Of a DNA stretch of 64,000 bases, positions 18,416 to 26,741 are shown piece after piece. The position numbers and the translations under genes were made by a program. Location of the stretch: contig OY760505.1 in NCBI GenBank assembly GCA_963663545.1, forward strand, positions 1,120,001-1,184,000, written 5' to 3'. The first letter of the stretch is position 1; each line of letters begins with the position of its first letter. Below the pieces are notes generated by a model. It saw nothing but the letters and a program-made list of their open reading frames with translations, was not told where the DNA came from and did not search any database. The DNA comes from Candidatus Delongbacteria bacterium (GTDB taxonomy: Bacteria > CAIWAD01).

Positions 18416-20002
18416 TTATAAACCCCAGGCGAGTTCAAAACACAGACCTTGCCGATTGCCCGTGTCGGCCCATTGCATGTCGGCACTAAGCGCCAGCATC
18501 CAAGCCGATACTGGATACCATTCCACACTACCACGCACCCACTTCTCCAGTACGCTGGTATCACTCTCAACGTAATGCAACCTGTTGATGCCCAGCTCTG
18601 CACTAAGCTCGCTGTGATGCAAACGCCAGAAGCTGAGCAATGAGGGCTGCCAGCCATCGGCACTGTTGTTGTCAAACCAGGCCAAACGTCCCTGCAGAAA
18701 TAGATTCTGCCAAAGGGGCGTTCGCTGATGCAGACGCACTCCTGCGTGATAACTATCGGAATCAAGGGAAGCGAAATGGCGCACACCACCCCAGGCATCA
18801 ACCAGAAAGCGGGAGACAATCGGGAAATTGGCCCCAAGGCGCAAACCGCGTCTTGCGTTCTTGCTGAAAAGACTATCTGCTACTTCGCGTGATCCAAAGG
18901 GACGCACGGTTTCACCTGCATCAACCGCCAGACTAAAGCGCAGTTGGGGCGTCTGCGCATAGTTCACACGACAGCTGAAGTAGGAAAGCTCAAGAGCCGG
19001 TGTATCACCTGTATCACGCCAATCCCGATTCAGCTCGACCTGCGCCGTCTGCTGCAGCGAGAAGCGTCGCCCCTTACGCAAACTCATCGTCTGGTTGACA
19101 AACTCCTGCTCGTACTCACCATCGATATAGCGCCCAGCGAAAGCCAGACCACCTGTGGCAAACAGATCGCCACGTCGTCCCTGTCCCTCAATGCGAAGTC
19201 CGTACTGGCTACGGCCATTGCCCAGGTCATCTTCACCTGGCATAGGTGACACACCACCAAAGGCACCAACCGTTAGCCCATCCAGCAACTCAGACTCCAA
19301 TGTCGCACCGCGTATCACGCCAATACCAGCGTGATGTTGCACGCGTGTCATTCCCAAACTGTAGTGCACGCGGGCGTCGCTGGCGTTCTCAAAGGCCATC
19401 TCGCCAATGCGGACATCGGTCTCACTATCAGCGCCTTCCTGCAGACTTCGAATGGCACGCATGCGCAACCGAAGGCTGTGTCCATAGCGAGTCAGATTCG
19501 TTATCCCGGCACTGATCCTCACCCAAGGCTCGCGTAGCGTGTGTTCCTCTTCCCAGCTGCTAAGATCCAGACCTCCACTGACGCGTGCGCGCAATTCCGG
19601 GTGACGCTTTCGTTTGCGCTCCTGCAGCTCGCGCACCCCTTGTGTTTCAAGCGTCTTTACAGATGGCTCCGCGATCGTTGTGGACTCCACAGTTTGTATC
19701 ACATCATCGTAATCCGGCTGGGTCAGTATCTCCGCGCTCATTCCAATAACTGGCGTCACACTCAGGCCAAGTACTTTTGCTGCACTACTGCTTGAGGCTA
19801 CGAAAGCGACCTGCAACCAGCCCAACAGACCTCCATCGCTGTCAAGAACGCGCACACTATCCCCGACAACGACGCCACTCTCGCTTCCCGCATTCAGATA
19901 GATCTGATCTGCCGCGAGGTAAGTGATCTCGGCTTGAGTAGACGCGCCAGCCACTGCAAACGTCATTGCATGAATCAGGAGAAACAGCAGAATCTTGGTC
20001 AT
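18416..20002 (-). CDS. Outer-membrane beta-barrel (putative porin of a porin-cytochrome complex) with a small N-terminal domain
   Basis: Signal peptide, alternating amphipathic strands and C-terminal FELAWGL. It overlaps the stop codon of the upstream cytochrome. Confidence 0.75.
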   Translation of the reverse strand: MTKILLFLLIHAMTFAVAGASTQAEITYLAADQIYLNAGSESGVVVGDSVRVLDSDGGLLGWLQVAFVASSSSAAKVLGLSVTPVIGMSAEILTQPDYDDVIQTVESTTIAEPSVKTLETQGVRELQERKRKRHPELRARVSGGLDLSSWEEEHTLREPWVRISAGITNLTRYGHSLRLRMRAIRSLQEGADSETDVRIGEMAFENASDARVHYSLGMTRVQHHAGIGVIRGATLESELLDGLTVGAFGGVSPMPGEDDLGNGRSQYGLRIEGQGRRGDLFATGGLAFAGRYIDGEYEQEFVNQTMSLRKGRRFSLQQTAQVELNRDWRDTGDTPALELSYFSCRVNYAQTPQLRFSLAVDAGETVRPFGSREVADSLFSKNARRGLRLGANFPIVSRFLVDAWGGVRHFASLDSDSYHAGVRLHQRTPLWQNLFLQGRLAWFDNNSADGWQPSLLSFWRLHHSELSAELGINRLHYVESDTSVLEKWVRGSVEWYPVSAWMLALSADMQWADTGNRQGLCFELAWGL

Positions 20003-22821
20003 CGGATCACCCCCTGCCTAGGATGAGAATCCGGCAGCCGCATTCCAGGCATGCTGCTGCGTGCATTCCGGTGGCAATCGTAACACGCACTGCTTTCATA
20101 GACATAGCCGGAAACGTGATTGTGACGCTGGTCCATGGCCGACTGTCTGTGCTCGTGGCAGCCAATGCAGCTGAACACGGTGTAGTCGCTGCTGTTTGTG
20201 TGACACTCGCTGCAACTATCCCATTCGTTGCGGTGTGCACCAGAGTAGATGCGGAAATAGGCACTATCGTGATTGAAGTTTACATCGTCCCAATCCGTCG
20301 TCGTGTGACACTGGGCGCAATCCGTCGGGAAACCGGCGCCGGAGTGATCGGGATCATCGGCATCATTGTAGTCCTCTTCATGGCAGAAGTAACACTCACT
20401 GGGTGTTCCCGCGTATTGCCCATCCACGTGACACTCGCTGCAATCCAGACCAATGTGTGATCCAGTTAGGGGGAACTCTGTCTGATCATGATCAAAGTCT
20501 GCTGGCGTCCAGGCTGTCGTATTGTGACACTCGCTGCAAACTGTAGAAAAAGCATTATCAACATGATCAGGATCATCGGTCTCGGTGTAATCGTCTTCAT
20601 GACACGACCAGCAATCCGGCGATGTGCCCGTGTAGCCATCAGCGTGACACAGGGCGCACTCCAATGCTGCGTGCGCGCCGGTCAATGGAAACTCGGTCAG
20701 GCTGTGATCGAAGGTCGCGGGCACCCACTGCTCAGTACCGTGACACTCGCTACACACCGTTGAGAACGCATTGGCCGCGTGGTCGGGATCGGCCGCACCC
20801 GCATAGTCGTCTTCGTGACACGACCAGCAATCCGGCGATGTGCCCGTGTAGCCATCAGCGTGACACAGGGCGCACTCCAATGCTGCGTGCGCGCCGGTCA
20901 ATGGAAACTCGGTCAGGCTGTGATCGAAGGTCGCGGGCACCCACTGCTCAGTACCGTGACACTCGCTACACACCGTTGAGAACGCATTGGCCGCGTGGTC
21001 GGGATCGGCCGCACCCGCATAGTCGTCTTCGTGACACGACCAGCAATCCGGCGATGTGCCCGTGTAACCTTCTACGTGACACAGGGCGCATTCCAAATCA
21101 GCGTGTGCACCTGTCAACGGAAAATCCGTCAGGTAATGATCGAACTCTGCTGGTGTCCAATGGCTCGTGCCGTGACACTCGCTACACACGGTTGAGAACG
21201 CATTGGTCGCGTGGTCGGGATCCGTTGTTGCCGTGTAGTCATCCTCGTGGCACGACCAGCATTCGGATGATGTGCCTATGTAACCATCAGCGTGACACAG
21301 GGCGCACTCCAATGCTGCGTGCGCGCCGGTCAATGGAAACTCGGTCAGGCTGTGATCGAAGGTCGCGGGCACCCACTGCTCAGTACCGTGACACTCGTTG
21401 CAGGTGGTCGAGAAGGTGTTGGCCGCGTGGTCGGGATCGGCCGCACCCGCATAGTCGTCTTCGTGACACGACCAGCAATCCGGCGATGTACCCGTGTAAC
21501 CGTCTACGTGACACAGGGCGCATTCCAAGTTCGTGTGCGCGCCGGTCAACGGAAACTCGGTCAGGTTGTGATCAAAGGTCGCGGGCACCCACTGCTCAGT
21601 ACCGTGACACTCGCTGCAGGTTGTTGAAAAGGCATTGGCCGCGTGGTCGGGATCAGCCGCCCCCGCATAGTCGTCTTCGTGACACGACCAGCAATCCGGC
21701 GATGTGCCCGTGTAACCCTCTACGTGACACAGGACGCATTCCAAGTCCGTGTGCGCGCCGGTCAACGGAAACTCGGTCAGGTTGTGATCAAAGGTCGCGG
21801 GCACCCACTGCTCAGTAGCGTGACACTCGCTGCAGGTGGTCGAGAAGGCGTTGCCCTGATGATTCGGATCAGCGGCGCCCTGGTAGTCGTCCTCATGGCA
21901 CGACCAACATTCTGAAGATGTACCAGCATAGCCCTCCACATGACATAAGGCACAATCCAGAGCAGCGTGAGCGCCTGTCAACGCATATCCCGTGATGGTG
22001 TGATCCAGAACCACACCCGACCAAGAGTTGCCGTCGTGGCACTGGGCACAATCCGCGTAGATACCTGAAGGTGGATTGCCATGCGGAGGATCAATAACCG
22101 TGGCGGCATCATCTTTGTGACACAACGCACACTGCTGCGCACTTGCACTTACAAATCCGCTTCCACTAGCATGACAACTCGCACAATCGTCTACGGCATG
22201 GGCACCCGTCAAGGGAAACTCTGCCGTATGCGACCATTTCACATTTGTCGTCCACTCGTTGACTCTTTGATCGTGACACTGTGCGCAATCAGCGGAAAAG
22301 CCTGCGTCGCTGTGAACGGGCGTCTGTGTCTGCAAATAGTCGTCGCTGTGACACGAGAAGCAATCGGCACCCAGCGTTTGCCAGCCTTGCCCCTGATGGC
22401 ATTGACGACAATCCAGACGGGCATGTTCTCCGCGTAGCGGGAAGCCGCTGCCCTCGTGATCCAGGCGTAGTTGATGAAAATCCAGCCAGCTTGTGGTGTT
22501 GTGGCAACGCTCGCAATCCTGCCCCAAGTAGCCATCGTGCATGTCGATGTGACACGCGCTGCAATTGGCTTTGACCACTGTAAAGTCAAGGCTCTCGTGG
22601 CATTGTCTACAATTCAAACTGGCGTGCTGTCCCTCAAGCGGCCACTGTTCGTGTTTGTATTCAACGGGAGAACGCAGCTGGTGCCAGTCTTCAGTGATAT
22701 GGCAGAGCTGGCAATCCAGATCCAGACTTGCATGAGGCGATTGCGCCATCGACCATCCGATGGTCGAGCTACAAAGAAGGGCCAGCACCCAGATGACTAT
22801 CCGTCCCGCATACTTATTCAT
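19999..22821 (-). CDS. Secreted multiheme cytochrome c, 940 aa, 37 CxxCH motifs
   Basis: Start MNKYAGRIVIW follows GAGGAAGAGG. Signal peptide present. 37 CxxCH counted, arranged in FDH...FPLTGAH triheme repeats. Confidence 0.95.
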   Translation of the reverse strand: MNKYAGRIVIWVLALLCSSTIGWSMAQSPHASLDLDCQLCHITEDWHQLRSPVEYKHEQWPLEGQHASLNCRQCHESLDFTVVKANCSACHIDMHDGYLGQDCERCHNTTSWLDFHQLRLDHEGSGFPLRGEHARLDCRQCHQGQGWQTLGADCFSCHSDDYLQTQTPVHSDAGFSADCAQCHDQRVNEWTTNVKWSHTAEFPLTGAHAVDDCASCHASGSGFVSASAQQCALCHKDDAATVIDPPHGNPPSGIYADCAQCHDGNSWSGVVLDHTITGYALTGAHAALDCALCHVEGYAGTSSECWSCHEDDYQGAADPNHQGNAFSTTCSECHATEQWVPATFDHNLTEFPLTGAHTDLECVLCHVEGYTGTSPDCWSCHEDDYAGAADPDHAANAFSTTCSECHGTEQWVPATFDHNLTEFPLTGAHTNLECALCHVDGYTGTSPDCWSCHEDDYAGAADPDHAANTFSTTCNECHGTEQWVPATFDHSLTEFPLTGAHAALECALCHADGYIGTSSECWSCHEDDYTATTDPDHATNAFSTVCSECHGTSHWTPAEFDHYLTDFPLTGAHADLECALCHVEGYTGTSPDCWSCHEDDYAGAADPDHAANAFSTVCSECHGTEQWVPATFDHSLTEFPLTGAHAALECALCHADGYTGTSPDCWSCHEDDYAGAADPDHAANAFSTVCSECHGTEQWVPATFDHSLTEFPLTGAHAALECALCHADGYTGTSPDCWSCHEDDYTETDDPDHVDNAFSTVCSECHNTTAWTPADFDHDQTEFPLTGSHIGLDCSECHVDGQYAGTPSECYFCHEEDYNDADDPDHSGAGFPTDCAQCHTTTDWDDVNFNHDSAYFRIYSGAHRNEWDSCSECHTNSSDYTVFSCIGCHEHRQSAMDQRHNHVSGYVYESSACYDCHRNARSSMPGMRLPDSHPRQGVIR
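20290..22010 (-). repeat. About 8 tandem 216-bp (72-aa, 3-heme) coding repeats; boundaries approximate
   Basis: Unit CALCH-x10-CWSCH-x20-CSECH-x27. Units at about 20600-21065 are identical at the DNA level. Confidence 0.92.
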
Positions 22822-24484
22822 CCTCTTCCTCCTGCGGGACAATGTTGCCGTGACACGCGCGGCAATCTCGCGGCGTGGCCCGGTAGCGAACACGCTGTTG
22901 GCCATCAGCAAACACTTCGACCTTGTGACACACACTACATTCCAAGTCGGCATGTCCTCCGTCGAGCATAAAGCGCGTCTGGCGGTTGTGGTCGAAGGTG
23001 TTGTTCTCCCAGCCCGTTGTGTTATGACAGCGTGAACAATCCGTAAACCCCTGTGAGGCAAATTGGCCGCCATGTACATCGTCGTGACACGCACTACAGT
23101 TTCGGGGCACGCGACGCAAAGGCACAAACTGCTGCCCCTGCCAGTCTTCGCCCACGTGACACGCACCGCAAGCTACTTCCAGATGCTTGTTGGTCAGTGG
23201 GAAACGAGTATCACTGTGATCAAAGCCCTTGGGAGACCAGTTACCTGTTTCGTGACACGTAGTACAACCTGTGACAAACCAGTTTTGCGCCTGACCTCCG
23301 TGAGGATCCACATGACACTTGTCGCAGTCATCGTGTACAGGGCGGTAATTCAGGCAGTCTTCGTCAGCTTTCCTTTTGTGACACGCCGTGCAGGGAACAG
23401 CTGCATGTGCACCCACTAATGGCATATCGCATTGCTGATGCCGCTGCAATGAAAAATGATGCTGCGCAAAGCTCTGCTGATCGTGACACAGGGAACAATC
23501 CGTGTGTCCGACAGCGTCGTTAAATTGGCCACAGTGAGCGTCTGCGTGGCAGTCGGTGCACCCATTGCCTTTCCAATCGGTGTGCATCTCACGCTTGTGA
23601 CACGCACCGCACTCAAGCTCCTGATGTTTACCCAGCAGAACGAAGCCACTGATATCGTGGTCGAAATCCGTTGCGGCTCCCTGCCACCCAGAAGTTGTGT
23701 GACACTTCGAACAATCCTGTCCCAGACGGCCTTTATGTACATCGTCGTGGCAGGCAACGCAGCTTGTGCTTTGTTGGCGTTTGTAAACCAGATGCCAACC
23801 TTTGCTGGCGGCAGCATCCTGCAACACTCCAGCTGGCTGAAGATCATCGCGTCTCTCGTGGCATGCATCACACGAAGCACCGGCGTGTTTTCCGGTCAAT
23901 GGGAAATCGGTGGAGTCGTGAGAGAAACTCGTGGGACGCCAGGCTTCCTGCGTGTGACACAGCGAACAATCCTGATCCATCTGGCCCTGGTGCTCATCTG
24001 CGTGACACGTAGTGCAATTTATACTCAACCCGAGGAAGCTGTTCTCAATCGAAAGACTGGTATCAGCCTTGAGCTCCCGAGATAACCACTCTGGTTTGTG
24101 GCAGCTGCGGCAATCCTGTTCGGCATGCTTGCCGGTTAGCACGTGTCCGGTCAGAGCATGATCGAAGCTCTCTTGCCCCTGCTTTCCCCAATAGATCAGC
24201 TGAAATGCCCGACCGTTGTGCTCGCTGTGGCAGGAGGCGCAACTTGTATCACGCGGAACACTGAGCGCATGGAAACCGCGATTCTGCTGGATGCGGGTAC
24301 TTAACTCCTGATGGCACTCAAGACACAGCCGGTTGCTCACCGCTTTCCCGAGTTCGTGACACAAGGTGCAGTTCTGCACACCCTCAAGTGAAGCGTGCGC
24401 CTCACTCAAGGGCCCTGGTGCCAACTGAGCATTGGCGCGCAGAAGTAGCAGGAGAGTCAACGCAATCATCGTGATCCAGCGCAT
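22814..24484 (-). CDS. Periplasmic multiheme cytochrome c, 20 CxxCH motifs
   Basis: Signal peptide, PGPLSEAHASLEG N-terminus and 20 CxxCH counted. Confidence 0.95.
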   Translation of the reverse strand: MRWITMIALTLLLLLRANAQLAPGPLSEAHASLEGVQNCTLCHELGKAVSNRLCLECHQELSTRIQQNRGFHALSVPRDTSCASCHSEHNGRAFQLIYWGKQGQESFDHALTGHVLTGKHAEQDCRSCHKPEWLSRELKADTSLSIENSFLGLSINCTTCHADEHQGQMDQDCSLCHTQEAWRPTSFSHDSTDFPLTGKHAGASCDACHERRDDLQPAGVLQDAAASKGWHLVYKRQQSTSCVACHDDVHKGRLGQDCSKCHTTSGWQGAATDFDHDISGFVLLGKHQELECGACHKREMHTDWKGNGCTDCHADAHCGQFNDAVGHTDCSLCHDQQSFAQHHFSLQRHQQCDMPLVGAHAAVPCTACHKRKADEDCLNYRPVHDDCDKCHVDPHGGQAQNWFVTGCTTCHETGNWSPKGFDHSDTRFPLTNKHLEVACGACHVGEDWQGQQFVPLRRVPRNCSACHDDVHGGQFASQGFTDCSRCHNTTGWENNTFDHNRQTRFMLDGGHADLECSVCHKVEVFADGQQRVRYRATPRDCRACHGNIVPQEEEDE

Positions 24485-24485
24485 C

Positions 24486-25799
24486 TTATGGCTCTCCGTG
24501 CTTCATGCTGTAGCTGATTCCAGCCCGGTTCAGAAAGTCCGCAGGCATTTGACCACCAGCAAAAACCAGTACTTGATCAATATCCAGCTGCAATTCCTGT
24601 CCCTGGTGCTCCAATGTCACACGTCCCGCTTCAATGCGCTTCACTTCCGACGGCATCAAAGGCTTGACGAGACCGGCACGGATCACCTTTTCCAGCCGCT
24701 GTTCATTGTCTTCCTTCGCACGAAAGATGCGCTCGCGCCGATAAGAGAGCCAGACTTCGGCAGCCTTCTCCTCCGCCAGCGCAACAGCGGCTTCTACAGC
24801 ACTGTCTCCACCACCCACCACCAGAACGCGGCAGCCTTTGAACTGCTCAGGCTCCAGCAGCGAGTAGGAAACCATCGCGCTGTCTTCTCCTGGAACTCCC
24901 AGCTTTTGCGGCGTTCCACCTCTTCCAATGGCCAGCAGTACTCGATGCGCGAAAAGGCTGTCTCCATTGGCCAGCACAATCTCGAAGCCTTCCTCCCGAC
25001 GCTTGATATCCTCGACGCGAAGCCCTGCGTGAACCGTCATTTCGTTTTTGCGGAAAAGCTCGCGATAGATTTCCAGCAGCTCTTCTTTGAACAGGCTGCG
25101 AATCTTCATCATGCCATGACCGGGCATGTGCACGGGCTGAGTCAGCACCAGCTTGCGGCGCGGATAATTGAGGATGGTGCCGCCCAGATCCTGCTGATCA
25201 AGGGTCGTGGTGCGCAGCCCAAGTTCCTTGCCGCGCAGAGTGGCCGCAATGCCTGCCGGTCCCGAACCGACAATCAACACATCATCGATGTTCCGACTGC
25301 GCTCCGGCTGCAGCAGTGCGGCAATGCGATCCATCGCCTCCTGCCCCTGTATCACGGCGTTCTTGATCAGCCCCATTCCGCCCAACTCGCCGGCAATGTG
25401 AATACCGGGCTGGGTAGTCTCGAAGTCTGCGCTCAAGTCGGGAATCTCGATGCCGCGCGTTGCTGTACCGAACACCAATGTGATAGCGCCCACAGGACAC
25501 GCATCACGGCAAACGCCGTGTCCAATGCAGCGACTGGGATTGATCAATACAGCCTTACCGTTTACCAACCCCAGCACGCCGTGTTCAGGACACGCTTTGA
25601 CACAACTTGCCGAACCGATACAGCGGTTCAGATCGATTACCGGGTGTAGTGTTGGCGGTTCGTCTTGGCCGCGCGCAATGGCCTGCTCCAGCTTGTGCTG
25701 ATTGTAACGGCTTTTGCGCAGCTCTCGCCAGATGTACACTACAGGTATGAGAACCGCCACGCTGATGGCGGCGGTATAAATCAACGTCTCTGGACTCAC
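24486..25799 (-). CDS. Membrane-anchored ferredoxin plus thioredoxin-reductase-like FAD/NAD(P)H oxidoreductase
   Basis: N-terminal TM helix, CIGSASCVKACP and CIGHGVCRDACP, GSGPAG (FAD), GGGDSA...SYRR (NADPH-type). No redox CxxC. Confidence 0.88.
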   Translation of the reverse strand: MSPETLIYTAAISVAVLIPVVYIWRELRKSRYNQHKLEQAIARGQDEPPTLHPVIDLNRCIGSASCVKACPEHGVLGLVNGKAVLINPSRCIGHGVCRDACPVGAITLVFGTATRGIEIPDLSADFETTQPGIHIAGELGGMGLIKNAVIQGQEAMDRIAALLQPERSRNIDDVLIVGSGPAGIAATLRGKELGLRTTTLDQQDLGGTILNYPRRKLVLTQPVHMPGHGMMKIRSLFKEELLEIYRELFRKNEMTVHAGLRVEDIKRREEGFEIVLANGDSLFAHRVLLAIGRGGTPQKLGVPGEDSAMVSYSLLEPEQFKGCRVLVVGGGDSAVEAAVALAEEKAAEVWLSYRRERIFRAKEDNEQRLEKVIRAGLVKPLMPSEVKRIEAGRVTLEHQGQELQLDIDQVLVFAGGQMPADFLNRAGISYSMKHGEP

Positions 25800-25857
25800 A
25801 CAATCCTATCCTTTCGTGCCGTTAAGAATGTAACAGGCTCGTTGTCAGCATGAAAGA

Positions 25858-26715
25858 CTACAGAATTCGCCACGTACCATACAGGAGCGCCACGATGACG
25901 TGCACGAACATGAAGACAAGCATCACGGCCGCAAAGGGACGATGTATCACATGCCAATGATGCAGGTAGGCGCGCGCCGTGCTGCGAAAGAAACGTTTCC
26001 GTTGCTGCACGTTGTACCGATGCAGGTACAGGGCCACGCGGAACATGCTCTGGGAGTATCCCTGCGTTTTCAGTCGGCGATAGAGGCTGATCAGAATGAA
26101 GGGCGTGCGCAGATCCTGCATCACCATGCCCAGCAGCATGCGCAAACCACTACGGCTGCCAGCGACGAAGTTCAGCGATTCGATGGCGCAGAAGCCTTCT
26201 TCATGATTGCTGAGCATGCCTGCAAGTTCGCGTCGCGTGTCGGCCTCGTGCTCCAGCATTTCGGCTTCGCTCAGCTCTTCACCGCTTTCTGCGCGCGGAA
26301 TCTGCAAATAGATGTAACGTCCCAGCACGCCGGACAGCGCAACCGCAATCATGCTCCAGAAGCTGATGGCGACCAAGCCCTTGAATTTGAACGCAGTGTG
26401 CAGGATCACCAAGACGGGGCCCGTGATGCCCAGCCAGATGTGATAGTCGAGCCAGATGCGAATATCGCCTGCGCCGTGCAACACCTTCCAGCGTTTGCGG
26501 AAGAAGTACACCAGCAACAGCAGCATCATCAGGCTGCCGGCGATGCCCATCCAATGCCCCATCAGCCCGCTGGAGCGTAACACGCCGTGTAATGGATCAC
26601 GAGGACGATCCAGCAGCGACATACTGTAGTAGTCAAAGCCGCTGATCAGGACGTAAAGGGTGAAGCTAATGGTGGCAAGATACAGCAGGGCGAGAAAGAC
26701 TCTGTGCACTCTCAA
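25858..26715 (-). CDS. His-rich integral membrane protein, cytochrome b / ferric-reductase-like
   Basis: About 5 TM helices with GHWMG, DYHIWLG, ILHT and WHVIH...VHV. Confidence 0.75.
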   Translation of the reverse strand: MRVHRVFLALLYLATISFTLYVLISGFDYYSMSLLDRPRDPLHGVLRSSGLMGHWMGIAGSLMMLLLLVYFFRKRWKVLHGAGDIRIWLDYHIWLGITGPVLVILHTAFKFKGLVAISFWSMIAVALSGVLGRYIYLQIPRAESGEELSEAEMLEHEADTRRELAGMLSNHEEGFCAIESLNFVAGSRSGLRMLLGMVMQDLRTPFILISLYRRLKTQGYSQSMFRVALYLHRYNVQQRKRFFRSTARAYLHHWHVIHRPFAAVMLVFMFVHVIVALLYGTWRIL

Positions 26716-26741
26716 AGCGTGTCTCCGCAGGTGGATAGGGA

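Noticed and set aside
20290..22010. Long regular repeats as a CRISPR array
   Set aside because: The units are 216-bp in-frame coding repeats with no unique spacers, and no cas genes are present.
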